Made by a program: the position numbers and the translations under genes. The notes under the pieces were generated by a model. That model made no database searches. It was given only the letters and a program-made list of their open reading frames with translations, and had not been told where the DNA came from. Positions 9,831 to 19,350 of a DNA stretch of 64,000 nucleotides are shown here, piece by piece. Origin of the DNA: Clostridia bacterium (lineage in GTDB: Bacteria > Bacillota > Clostridia > Oscillospirales > CAG-272); assembly GCA_017420755.1 (NCBI GenBank), contig JAFQOG010000032.1:5013-69012 (forward strand), in the 5' to 3' direction. Each line of letters opens with the position of its first letter. Position 1 is the stretch's first letter.

Positions 9831-9964
9831 TCGTCAAGTATCTCCTTATATGACATTTCATCCACAGGGTCGGTTATTTGACTCAATTTTATCTCTGAAA
9901 TCTTTCTTTCAAGTAAAATGAGTCTGTTTTCAAGTTCAATAAGTTTTTTCTTTTTAATAAACAT
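9800..9964 (-). CDS. small coiled-coil protein (54 aa), phage module
   Basis: ATG at 9964 sits 1 nt after the terL stop. The 3' end overlaps the portal start. Function unknown. Confidence 0.35.
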   Translation of the reverse strand: MFIKKKKLIELENRLILLERKISEIKLSQITDPVDEMSYKEILDEWLNGKTSSQ

Positions 9965-9965
9965 T

Positions 9966-11759
9966 TTACCACTCCATGTAGTTTTCTTCCTGCAAGGCTG
10001 GGGCTGAAAAGTTTTTGGAAATAAAAAATGCGTTCGAGTCCTTTTCTTGTGGTGCTTGATGATAATCAATAGAAATAAACCTTGCAATAGCGCTTGCCAT
10101 TACTAAATCATCGTGAGCACCATCAGCTGCTGCGCTTTTTCCGTCATTTCTTTTAATAAATGTACTCATTTCCATCAGAGTTTCACGGTCGGTTTCAAGA
10201 TAAATGTTTTCTCTCATAACAGAAACAAGATTAGAAATTATCAAGGGTCGTGTTATTGATGTGGTCAAAAAGCCAAAATTGCTCGGTGAAAGCTCACTTT
10301 GCTTAATATTTTGCTTCATTTTATATAAATTTGTATAACCAAGCGACCAAAGGACTCTTACCGGATGGGTAGAGTAGTTTACCTCGATTCCTATTAGAGC
10401 GTTATGGTAATATTTCCCCAGACAGTAAAGCTGATGGGCGAACAGATCCTCGTCAAAGTGCTTTTTGTGCAGGGTTGCAACACATTTTCCCGACTCGTTG
10501 TCGATAATTTTAGCACTGAAGTAATCTTCTCCTGTACCGGCGGTATCGGCGCCAATAACGTAAGGACACAAAATCCGTCTGCCTAACACGGTTAAAATCC
10601 GTGGTTCCTCAACAATTGAAATATAACCCGAATCGCTTTCGATAAAGCTAATGTCAGTTATTTCATTTCTGAAGGAAACAATCTCGTTATCATAACCATA
10701 AATTGCTTTTGGTACTATTTTATAGTCAAAATAACCGCGTTTAGACTTAACTTGAAAATTGCTCAAATAATTTGATATCTTCTCCTTATCAAATATTGAA
10801 TCTCCACTGGTTATAAACGCTTCCTCCGGTGAACAGGGATATTCTTGCCTAATTGAGGATTTGTCTATGTATGAATTGTATTTTTTTGCATACCACGTTA
10901 GCTGCTCCTTCGAAAGCCCTCGTTCTTTTAAAGTTAAAAGCCTGTTTTTTAGCCACGTGTCGCCACTTTTTAAATATTCATACTCAAATGACACATATTC
11001 CTTTGTTTTCCACCATTCATAGAATAAATTGTAGCAAGAGCCACTGTCCCAAAGTCTTTTTGCGTCGTTAAAGCCGTTTGCTGTTGTCTCGAAAATACAT
11101 AAAGCATCAGGTGAGGCAGCCTCAGCTATTGATCTTTGTAAATCTGAAATTGGACATTTGAAAAATGCTACCTCAGAATAGTGAATAAAGGAAAGCGTTC
11201 TACTTCTTCCGACGTTTGAGCTTGCTGACGCGATTCTCCACGATGAATTAAGCTTGTCAAAAAATAATTCGTTAACTGAGTTGAATTTTTCGGTTGGCTT
11301 TAACCTTTCCGGCAGAGAATTGTACATAACCTTTGCTTTGTCCATAAATATTGCTTTTACATTATCATCTCTATCTGCCAGAGTAAATCCAGAAAAGTTT
11401 TTCTTGACTATCGCATTTGCCAGCACTAAAGCAGTAATTAACGTGGTGAAGCCCTGTTGCCTTCCTTTCAATATGAAGTACGGCTTTTTAGTACCCATTG
11501 TCGATAATTTTGAGATAAAGTCCTTTTGCACTTCGTTAAAAAAGAAAGGCACGCACTCTTTTCTTTTATTAACAATTGTAAAGACTATTTCAATCAATTT
11601 CGTCGGGCACTCAATAATTTCCAAGCGCAAGCTTTCCGTGTCAAGAATGGTATCGGCGGCAAATTCTGTAAATGCTTTATCTTTTTCAATAGATTTATTT
11701 CTTCCCCAAAGCTCTATTCGCTTTTTTCTTAAATCTTCTAATGTGAATTTTCTTTTCAT
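9966..11759 (-). CDS. terL: phage terminase large subunit
   Basis: ATG at 11759 after a GGAGGAG RBS. ATPase region ...ILKGRQQGFTTL.... C-terminal RNaseH-like nuclease acidic motifs IGADTAGTGEDY and GAHDDLVMA. The size fits (597 aa). Confidence 0.78.
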   Translation of the reverse strand: MKRKFTLEDLRKKRIELWGRNKSIEKDKAFTEFAADTILDTESLRLEIIECPTKLIEIVFTIVNKRKECVPFFFNEVQKDFISKLSTMGTKKPYFILKGRQQGFTTLITALVLANAIVKKNFSGFTLADRDDNVKAIFMDKAKVMYNSLPERLKPTEKFNSVNELFFDKLNSSWRIASASSNVGRSRTLSFIHYSEVAFFKCPISDLQRSIAEAASPDALCIFETTANGFNDAKRLWDSGSCYNLFYEWWKTKEYVSFEYEYLKSGDTWLKNRLLTLKERGLSKEQLTWYAKKYNSYIDKSSIRQEYPCSPEEAFITSGDSIFDKEKISNYLSNFQVKSKRGYFDYKIVPKAIYGYDNEIVSFRNEITDISFIESDSGYISIVEEPRILTVLGRRILCPYVIGADTAGTGEDYFSAKIIDNESGKCVATLHKKHFDEDLFAHQLYCLGKYYHNALIGIEVNYSTHPVRVLWSLGYTNLYKMKQNIKQSELSPSNFGFLTTSITRPLIISNLVSVMRENIYLETDRETLMEMSTFIKRNDGKSAAADGAHDDLVMASAIARFISIDYHQAPQEKDSNAFFISKNFSAPALQEENYMEW

Positions 11760-11855
11760 GCTCCTCCTTTCGCCTTGCAACCTTATTATTGCATAAAAAA
11801 AGTGTCCTCGACCGGTACACTTTCACTAATTTGAAATTTTTTAAAAATGCCTTTG

Positions 11856-11884
11856 TTGACAACGTTTTTTCTTAGTGCTATAAT
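11856..11884 (+). promoter_or_regulatory. sigma70-type promoter
   Basis: TTGACA, 17-nt spacer, TATAAT, upstream of the 11899 gene. Confidence 0.6.
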
Positions 11885-11898
11885 ATATATAATTACGC

Positions 11899-13920
11899 AT
11901 GAAAGGAGCCAAGACGGTGAAGCTTAAAGAATTTTCTAAAAAATCCACGCCATATTTTTTGATTTTTGTCCTATCTCTTATTGGAACCTTCTTGGTTTTC
12001 AGAGCGGGTCTTAACCGTGGGGATGATTTTTTCTACCATATACCAAATATTCTTGACAAATATAATTCAATTTTAAGTGGTCGTGGGCTTGTTGGTATCA
12101 GCTCTGAGATAGGAAATGGCTTTGGATATGGCGCGGGGCTCTTTTATTCACCACTTTCGCATTTTACGGTAGCTGTTCTTGGGGTTTTTCTTAATCTTTT
12201 TGGAATCTCTCTCATGGCAACATACAAAATAGTTATCGTTCTTTCCGTTTTTGTTTCAGGCGTGTTTATGTATGGCTTTGCGATGAAATTTACAAATGGG
12301 AAAAGAGTAGCTTCTTTGCTCGCAAGTGCGTGCTTAGTCATCTATCCATACCGTCTGTTTAATCTTTTTTGTCGAATAGCCTTTGCCGAGGCATTTGCGT
12401 TTGTCTTTATGCCGCTTTTCTTTGCGGGCATATACGAGGTGACGCATTTAGATAAGGAAAAAATAAAAATAATGCCGTTTATAAAAATTGTAATTGGTGC
12501 ATCGCTCTTATTCTTGTCGCATAATATAACAGCGCTTTTTGCTTTTATTTTTGGATTTATATTATTTTTTGTTTATTCCAAAAGACTTTTAAAGCTCTTT
12601 TCCAATCCTAAATTTGGAATTTACTGCGCCGCCTCTGCACTTTTAATTATCGGAGTGAGCGCGATAGCACTTTTCTCACAGCTCGAGCTTCTTGGAATGG
12701 ACTATTATGCAGTTAGCAACGATGTTAGCATGCGAACAGATATTGACAGTGTCCTTAACCATGTCGGCAAGGAATGGAACTATTCAGGATTTTTAAATGT
12801 GAGCTTTCTTTCGGGTTATGGAATAACCTCATCGTTCCTTTATAGTGGAATATTTATATATCTTTTTGGTTGTGCAATATTTGTAATTATCGACACTCTA
12901 CTGGCAAAAATTCAAAAGCTCAAACATTTTCACTATGTGATATCAGCAACAACATTCTTTATAATAATCAGTTTGGTTGCGCCAAGGCTTGAGGGCTATT
13001 TGGGTGGTGCTATATTTGTTTCTCTTTATCTTTTTGTTTCTTTGGTTAAAGATGCCGGAACGGAAAACACACCAATTTATAAAAACCCTCTTTTCTGGTT
13101 TTCCCTTGCAGTAATATTTATTTCAATTTTCGCAATGCGAAGCGAAAAATTATGGCAAATGGTGCCTGGATTTTTACGAACAATCCAGTTCCCGTGGCGC
13201 CTTTGGTCGTTTGTTCAGATGTTTTTGTCGGTTGTGGTTGGTCTTGTGGCATCCCATTATGCGAGCAAGAAAAATGTACTCACTTTAATAGCAGCTTTTG
13301 TTGGCCTTCTTATGCTATTAAATATGCCAACGATTGAAAAGAGAAATGCTCCAGAGGATAAATGGGTTGGCGAAATTAGTCACACTTGTCTTGACAAAAG
13401 CAGTGCGATTGGGCACCAAAAGGAGTATTGTCCTCAGGTGTACCGCGAGGCAGAATACGTGCCAAGAGAAAATTCGCTCTACGATATTGTGAGAATGATT
13501 TTAAAAAGAAGCAATTACAGCCGAGAAGACAAGATATCTCCAGTTATTCTTAGTGGCGATGGAAAAATAGCAGTTAATTCTAACGTTGCACCAAAAATTG
13601 ATATGCGAGTTGAGCTCAGCGAAGTCTCTGAAATCCAATTGCCGTTGTTTTACTATCCTGGATATAGAATAATAGCAATTAGCGACAACGGGGAGCAAAT
13701 TGTTACACCTTACGAGGTCGATGGACTTGTTACATTTAAGCTTTTAAAGGGCGTATACACAATAAAAACCGAATTTGTTGGCAGTCCACTTCGAATTTCG
13801 GGAAAGGTTTTGACTATTGCCTCGTCGTTTGTGATGCTTGGCATTCTTTCGTATGCTGTTTGCACGGAAACGTCACTCAAGCGAGTCTTTACAAAAAACA
13901 ATAAAAAAGCGCGTACTTAA
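11899..13920 (+). CDS. polytopic membrane protein, GT-C-fold glycosyltransferase-like
   Basis: About 14 predicted TM segments. Acidic first-loop motif RGDDFFYH. Soluble C-terminal domain followed by a final TM. An alternative GTG start at 11917 is possible. Confidence 0.45.
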   Translation: MKGAKTVKLKEFSKKSTPYFLIFVLSLIGTFLVFRAGLNRGDDFFYHIPNILDKYNSILSGRGLVGISSEIGNGFGYGAGLFYSPLSHFTVAVLGVFLNLFGISLMATYKIVIVLSVFVSGVFMYGFAMKFTNGKRVASLLASACLVIYPYRLFNLFCRIAFAEAFAFVFMPLFFAGIYEVTHLDKEKIKIMPFIKIVIGASLLFLSHNITALFAFIFGFILFFVYSKRLLKLFSNPKFGIYCAASALLIIGVSAIALFSQLELLGMDYYAVSNDVSMRTDIDSVLNHVGKEWNYSGFLNVSFLSGYGITSSFLYSGIFIYLFGCAIFVIIDTLLAKIQKLKHFHYVISATTFFIIISLVAPRLEGYLGGAIFVSLYLFVSLVKDAGTENTPIYKNPLFWFSLAVIFISIFAMRSEKLWQMVPGFLRTIQFPWRLWSFVQMFLSVVVGLVASHYASKKNVLTLIAAFVGLLMLLNMPTIEKRNAPEDKWVGEISHTCLDKSSAIGHQKEYCPQVYREAEYVPRENSLYDIVRMILKRSNYSREDKISPVILSGDGKIAVNSNVAPKIDMRVELSEVSEIQLPLFYYPGYRIIAISDNGEQIVTPYEVDGLVTFKLLKGVYTIKTEFVGSPLRISGKVLTIASSFVMLGILSYAVCTETSLKRVFTKNNKKART

Positions 13921-14005
13921 AATTACGCGCTTTTATATTTATACTTGACTTTATAATATAAAGGTGATATACTTTATTATAATAAAAATGGCAAGGAGAT
14001 TTTTT

Positions 14006-14275
14006 ATGAAAGCAGTTGTAACAGTAATTGGTAAAGACTCTGTGGGAATTATCGCAGATGTTAGTATGGAGTGCGCAAAGCATAAGGTTAATATTGTTGA
14101 CATCACTCAAAGTGTTTTGCAGGACTATTTTGCTATGATTATGCTTGTTGAAATTGACAAGATGGAAACAAACTTCTCAAATTTCCAAGGAGAGCTCTCT
14201 AAATTAGGTGAGGAAAAAGGGCTTGATATTCGTGTTATGCACGAGGACATTTTCAATTCTATGCATCGCATCTAA
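14006..14275 (+). CDS. ACT domain protein (UPF0237 family)
   Basis: MKAVVTVIGKDSVGIIADVS.... AAGGAG RBS. Classic pairing with the downstream UPF0210 gene. Confidence 0.8.
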   Translation: MKAVVTVIGKDSVGIIADVSMECAKHKVNIVDITQSVLQDYFAMIMLVEIDKMETNFSNFQGELSKLGEEKGLDIRVMHEDIFNSMHRI

Positions 14276-14295
14276 TTAGTTGAAAGAGGTTTACT

Positions 14296-15654
14296 ATGGT
14301 TAATATTAACGATATACTTGAAACGGTCAATATGATAAAGCAGGAAAATCTTGATATCCGTACGATAACAATGGGTATCTCGCTTTTTGACTGCATTAGT
14401 GATGACCAAAAAAGACTTGAAACAAAAATTTATGACAAAATAACAAAGAGTGCTGAGAATTTGGTTTCAACTGCTGACCATTTGGAGACTAAATATGGCA
14501 TTCCAATTATAAACAAGCGCGTGTCTGTTACACCTATTTCACTTATTGGTGCAAACGCTGACAAGGACGGATATGTTCGTTTGGCGCAGGTGCTCGAAAG
14601 AGCAGCAGACCAGGTGGGAATTAACTTTATTGGTGGCTATGGTGCACTCGTTCAAAAGGGAATGACCAAGGGCGCAGCTAACCTTATTGATTCAATTCCC
14701 GAGGCACTTGCTACCACAAATAAGGTTTGCTCAAGCATCAACGTTGCAAGCACAAAGGCTGGTATAAACATGGATGCTGTTGCTCGAATGGGCGAGATTA
14801 TGAAGCAAACTGCATATCTAACAAGAGACAAGGACTCTATTGGATGTGCAAAGCTTGTTGTTTTTGCAAACATTCCTGAGGATAATCCATTCATGGCTGG
14901 CGCAATCCACGGTATGGGTGAATCTGATACCGTTATCAATGTCGGTGTTTCTGGACCTGGCGTTGTTGCATCGGCTATAAAAAGAGAAGGCTTTTGCGAC
15001 TTCTCACAGCTTGCGGATGTAATAAAGAAAACTGCATTTAAAATTACAAGAGTCGGTCAGCTGATTGCATATGAAGCATCCAAGAAATTGAATACTCCAT
15101 ACGGCATTATCGACCTTTCTCTTGCTCCAACACCTGCAGTTGGCGATTCTGTTGCCAGAATTTTAGAGAACATGGGACTTGAAAGATGTGGTACTCACGG
15201 AACAACCGCAGCTCTTGCAATGCTTAACGATGCAGTTAAAAAGGGCGGAGTTATGGCATCATCACACGTTGGTGGCTTGAGTGGTGCTTTTATCCCTGTT
15301 TCTGAGGATGCTGGTATGATTGAGGCTGCAGAAATGGGAGCATTGAGCATAGAAAAGCTTGAGGCGATGACAGCAGTTTGCTCGGTTGGTCTTGATATGA
15401 TTGCCGTACCCGGAGACACAAGCGCGTCAACCCTTTCCGGTATTATTGCTGACGAAATTGCAATCGGTGTTATCAATAATAAAACAACAGCCGTTAGACT
15501 CATTCCTGTTCATGGAAAGGGCGTTGGCGAGAGTGTAGAATTTGGTGGACTTTTGGGCCACGCACCGATTATGAAGCTCAGCGAATATTCAAGCGAGGAG
15601 TTTATTAAAAGAGGCGGCAGAATCCCTGCTCCTATCCACAGCTTGAGAAACTAA
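14296..15654 (+). CDS. UPF0210/DUF711 (PFL-like) family protein
   Basis: 452 aa. N-terminus ...[17 protein letters not shown]... is typical of the family. Confidence 0.8.
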   Translation: MVNINDILETVNMIKQENLDIRTITMGISLFDCISDDQKRLETKIYDKITKSAENLVSTADHLETKYGIPIINKRVSVTPISLIGANADKDGYVRLAQVLERAADQVGINFIGGYGALVQKGMTKGAANLIDSIPEALATTNKVCSSINVASTKAGINMDAVARMGEIMKQTAYLTRDKDSIGCAKLVVFANIPEDNPFMAGAIHGMGESDTVINVGVSGPGVVASAIKREGFCDFSQLADVIKKTAFKITRVGQLIAYEASKKLNTPYGIIDLSLAPTPAVGDSVARILENMGLERCGTHGTTAALAMLNDAVKKGGVMASSHVGGLSGAFIPVSEDAGMIEAAEMGALSIEKLEAMTAVCSVGLDMIAVPGDTSASTLSGIIADEIAIGVINNKTTAVRLIPVHGKGVGESVEFGGLLGHAPIMKLSEYSSEEFIKRGGRIPAPIHSLRN

Positions 15655-15737
15655 TTTAATAAAAATTCGTGCCCGTTGTCGATAAAGTGACAATTTTATG
15701 CACATACGCGTGCGTAAATGTGCGCGAAGGAGGAAAT

Positions 15738-17006
15738 ATGAAAAAACTTGATACAATTTGCGTTCAAGGCGGATATAAGCCAAAAAGTGGCGAGCCAAGA
15801 GTTGTGCCAATAGTGCAGAGCACAACGTATTATTACGAAAAGGCTGGCGAAATGGCAGACCTATTTGATTTGAAGTCGGAGGGCTATTTCTACACTCGCT
15901 TGGCTAACCCAACGGTTGACGCCTTTGAAAAGAAACTAACAGAGCTTGATGGAGGCGTTCTCGGTATAGCAACTGCTTCTGGTATGAGCGCAACACTATT
16001 GGCTATATTAAATATTGCCGGTGCCGGTGACAACATTGTTGCTTCAAGAGCAATTTATGGTGGAAGCTACAATCTTTTCTCGGTTACCTTGCCAAAATAT
16101 GGCATACAGTGTAGATTTTTTGACCCGGATGACTCCCAAGAGGATATTGAAAAGCTTGTTGACGACAAAACAAGAGCAATCTTTGCAGAAACAATTGCTA
16201 ACCCAACGATAGTTGTTTTGGATTTTGAAAAGCTATCCAATATCGCGAAAAAGCACAAGGTTCTCTTTATGGTTGACAATACACTTGTTACTCCGGTGCT
16301 TTGCAGACCTCTTGATTTTGGCGCAAATATAGTTATATATTCATCGTCTAAATACCTTGATGGTCACGCGGTTGCACTCGGTGGTTGCATTGTTGACGGG
16401 GGCAACTTTGACTTTACAGCAACCAATAGATACGAGGAATTTTTAAAGCCAGACGAAAGCTATCACGGACTTGTTTATGCTTCTCTTGGAAAAACAGCCT
16501 TTGGCGTTAAGTGTAGAGTTCAAATGATGCGCGATCTCGGTGCTATTATGAGCCCAGAAAATGCATTCCTTACAAATCTTGGAATGGAAACCTTGGCGCT
16601 TCGTATGGAAAGACACTCGGAAAATGCAAGAAAGGTTGCAGAATATTTATCTAAGCATCCAAAGGTTGAATGGATTTTGCACCCATCACTTGAGGAGAAT
16701 AAGTACTACGATTTGGCGAATAAATATATGCCAAAGGGTCAAGGCGGTATGATGAGCTTTGGCGTTAAGGGCGGTAGTGAAAAGGCTTCTAAATTTATGG
16801 AGGCTTTAAAGATGATAGCAATTGTTACTCACGTTGCAGATTCAAGAAGCTGTGTTCTTCACCCTGCTTCAACAACACACCGTCAATTATCAAGCGCTGA
16901 CCTCGAGGCAATTGGCATAAAGGACAATCTTATTCGTCTGTCTGTTGGTATTGAAAATGCCGACGATATTATTGAGGATATCGAGCAAGCACTTGCCCAA
17001 ATTTAA
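15738..17006 (+). CDS. metY: O-acetylhomoserine sulfhydrylase (PLP-dependent)
   Basis: ATG at 15738 after GAAGGAGG. Cys/Met-metabolism PLP family pattern, with the SSSKYLDGH lysine site. Confidence 0.8.
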   Translation: MKKLDTICVQGGYKPKSGEPRVVPIVQSTTYYYEKAGEMADLFDLKSEGYFYTRLANPTVDAFEKKLTELDGGVLGIATASGMSATLLAILNIAGAGDNIVASRAIYGGSYNLFSVTLPKYGIQCRFFDPDDSQEDIEKLVDDKTRAIFAETIANPTIVVLDFEKLSNIAKKHKVLFMVDNTLVTPVLCRPLDFGANIVIYSSSKYLDGHAVALGGCIVDGGNFDFTATNRYEEFLKPDESYHGLVYASLGKTAFGVKCRVQMMRDLGAIMSPENAFLTNLGMETLALRMERHSENARKVAEYLSKHPKVEWILHPSLEENKYYDLANKYMPKGQGGMMSFGVKGGSEKASKFMEALKMIAIVTHVADSRSCVLHPASTTHRQLSSADLEAIGIKDNLIRLSVGIENADDIIEDIEQALAQI

Positions 17007-17063
17007 TGAAATTTAGACACTGGGGCGCTTGCTTTATAAAAAACATACATTAAGGAGAAAGAA

Positions 17064-17978
17064 ATGCCCATTATAATTCCAAAGGACATTCCCGCATATT
17101 CAACCTTGCTTGGCGAGAACATTTTCGTTATGAATAACGAAAGAGCAACGGCACAGGATATACGTCCAATTGAGATAGCGATACTTAATTTAATGCCCAC
17201 TAAAATTGAAACGGAGACTCAGCTGATTAGACTTTTATCTAATTCTCCTCTTCAAATTAAGGTGACGCTTATAGGTACTGAGAGCTATGTTGGCAAGCAT
17301 ACACCGCTCGGTCACCTTCAAAGATTTTATAAGACCTTCTCTGAGGTTAAAAATAATCACTTTGATGGTATGATTATTACCGGTGCGCCTGTTGAAATGA
17401 TGGAATTTAGCGAGGTTAAGTATTGGAAAGAGTTAACTGAGATACTTGATTTTGCAAAGACCAATGTTCAAAGCACTATCTTTATTTGTTGGGGGGCACA
17501 GGCGGCACTTCACTATTATTATGGTCTTAATAAATCGGTGCTTGATAAAAAGCTCTTTGGTGTATTTAAGCACAAAAAATTTGTCAATTTTGACCCGCTT
17601 TTGAAGGGTACGGATGAGGAATTCTATATGCCTCACTCTCGACACACAACAGTTGATATTGAGGACATCAGAAACGTTGATGATCTTTTGATTTTAGCAG
17701 GCTCTGAAAAAATCGGTGCATCAATTGTTCGCTCAAGGGATGGCAGACGTATTTTTCTAATGGGACACATGGAATATGATAAGGACACGCTTAAAAACGA
17801 ATATTATAGAGATTTAAACAAGGGACTTCCGATTGACCCACCTGAAAACTACTTTAGAGACGAAGAAAAAACCAAGGTTGTTCCAAACTGGTATTCTGTT
17901 GCAAATCTTATATACTCTAACTGGCTTAATTACTATGTATATCAAGTGACACCATATGATTGGCAAACACAAAAATGA
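17064..17978 (+). CDS. metA: homoserine O-acyltransferase MetA
   Basis: MPIIIPKDIPA...ILNLMP...ITGAP...FICWGAQA pattern of the MetA family. Confidence 0.85.
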   Translation: MPIIIPKDIPAYSTLLGENIFVMNNERATAQDIRPIEIAILNLMPTKIETETQLIRLLSNSPLQIKVTLIGTESYVGKHTPLGHLQRFYKTFSEVKNNHFDGMIITGAPVEMMEFSEVKYWKELTEILDFAKTNVQSTIFICWGAQAALHYYYGLNKSVLDKKLFGVFKHKKFVNFDPLLKGTDEEFYMPHSRHTTVDIEDIRNVDDLLILAGSEKIGASIVRSRDGRRIFLMGHMEYDKDTLKNEYYRDLNKGLPIDPPENYFRDEEKTKVVPNWYSVANLIYSNWLNYYVYQVTPYDWQTQK

Positions 17979-17985
17979 TAAAAAT

Positions 17986-18014
17986 AAAACCACCTAATTT
18001 TTAGGTGGTTTTTA
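17986..18014. terminator. bidirectional terminator
   Basis: CCACCTAA-ttt-TTAGGTGG hairpin flanked by an A-run and a T-run, between convergent genes. Confidence 0.7.
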
Positions 18015-18043
18015 TTTGTTTTATTTGATGCGTTGTCGATAAT

Positions 18044-19273
18044 TTAGTCATCCTCACCATAGAAATAGTAGTAATCAAGCTCGTTTGCTTTGACTGTGTC
18101 AAAGGTAATTTCGGTAGCCTTTTTTGTAAATTCTATTTTGTGTGCGCTTGTAGCTTCGTATTCCGTTAATACGTTGAAATAAACAGTGCTTGCTACAGCG
18201 GCCTCGAAGCTTGATTGGGGGAAGAAATCCCTATTTTCCTCTTTCACATATGGGCTTGGGTCAAGAGCTAAGCGCTTAACGAAAACTGTTCCATACTCAA
18301 AATAATCGCCGGGCTTTATTGTTGTGGTTCCACTTTCGCCTGTTATTTCTCCTGAACTGCCAAAATACCTTTTTGCAGTAACGGTTTTGATTTCTCCAAC
18401 CTTACTTTGGTATGCTGCTGAAAGAACGGAATTGTTTTGTAGCTCCTCTTTGGTTGGATTTGAAGTTTCGTAGCAACCACCTGGGTAAAATTTATCATCT
18501 GAATATTTTTCCCAAAGCTCATCATATGAAAGGTTTAAGTCGTCCTTCAAAAGTATATAGCTATAATCCTTATTTTTGTTTATTAGAAGCTCCTTGAGCT
18601 CTTTTGTAAGTAGCTCTTGGCGCTCCTTCTCGTCCTCGGTAAGATAAACAAAGGATTTGTTTCCTTCCGAGTCGGTGTGGATAGTATATACAGTGTTTAT
18701 AATAATTGTCTTATATCTTAAATAGTTATCAAGATAATAGTTTTCCTTTTGCTCAGATGTTATCTTTTCATTGTTTTCGCCTAAAATGTACTGGCGCACC
18801 TTGTTTTCCTTGTATTGTTTCTCATAAACTGACTTCAAGGTCTTTTTGTCAAAGCCGTAGGCGGAAAGCGCATCGTCCCCGTAGTAGTAAGCAATAGACT
18901 CCGCGGTTGCGTTAATATTCGCTTTTTCCTCCTCCGTTAGAGTAAGACCGTACTCGTCAAACATAAGCTGAGAATAGAGAAGAGATAAAATGCTTTGTTC
19001 AAATGCTGCGCCATATTTGTAGTTGAGATATTGCCCCAGCGTTACGCCACTTGAAATTTCAAGCGATAAATCATCGTCGGTTAGCATTTCATTCGGAGAA
19101 ATTGCCACCAATGACTGCTTTTTGTACATGCCGGCTAAATAAACATATTCCTTTTGGGTAAGAGAGTATTTTCCGAGCCTTATAACCTCCTTGTTGCCAC
19201 AAGCGGTTAAGAGCGGCAATGCCAAAATTAGCATTAAAATCAGACACAGGGTTCGGGATATTAGTTTTTTCAA
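18044..19273 (-). CDS. lipoprotein, possibly SurA/PrsA-like chaperone
   Basis: Lipobox LLTAC. The location downstream of mfd is where Firmicutes often carry prsA-like genes. I see no clear rotamase motif. Confidence 0.4.
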   Translation of the reverse strand: MKKLISRTLCLILMLILALPLLTACGNKEVIRLGKYSLTQKEYVYLAGMYKKQSLVAISPNEMLTDDDLSLEISSGVTLGQYLNYKYGAAFEQSILSLLYSQLMFDEYGLTLTEEEKANINATAESIAYYYGDDALSAYGFDKKTLKSVYEKQYKENKVRQYILGENNEKITSEQKENYYLDNYLRYKTIIINTVYTIHTDSEGNKSFVYLTEDEKERQELLTKELKELLINKNKDYSYILLKDDLNLSYDELWEKYSDDKFYPGGCYETSNPTKEELQNNSVLSAAYQSKVGEIKTVTAKRYFGSSGEITGESGTTTIKPGDYFEYGTVFVKRLALDPSPYVKEENRDFFPQSSFEAAVASTVYFNVLTEYEATSAHKIEFTKKATEITFDTVKANELDYYYFYGEDD

Positions 19274-19350
19274 GATGAAATCTCCTTTTTTAAAGGGTGA
19301 AATATTGCTTTTCTTTGTTCTAACACATTATAGCATAAAAATGTAAGGAA

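Larger units (their letters stand above)
6342..11759 (-). mobile_element. phage-derived head-only morphogenesis module (prophage remnant or satellite-like)
   Basis: Contiguous terL, small ORF, portal, scaffold and major capsid genes. No tail, lysis, integrase or small terminase gene is recognisable on either side. Confidence 0.55.

Noticed and set aside
11254-11796. 180-aa plus-strand ORF antisense to terL
   Set aside because: It lies fully inside the well-supported terL CDS and is a typical antisense shadow ORF.
15655-15737. Possible SAM riboswitch or T-box leader upstream of metY-metA
   Set aside because: The gap is only 83 nt and shows no S-box or T-box conserved elements that I can recognise.
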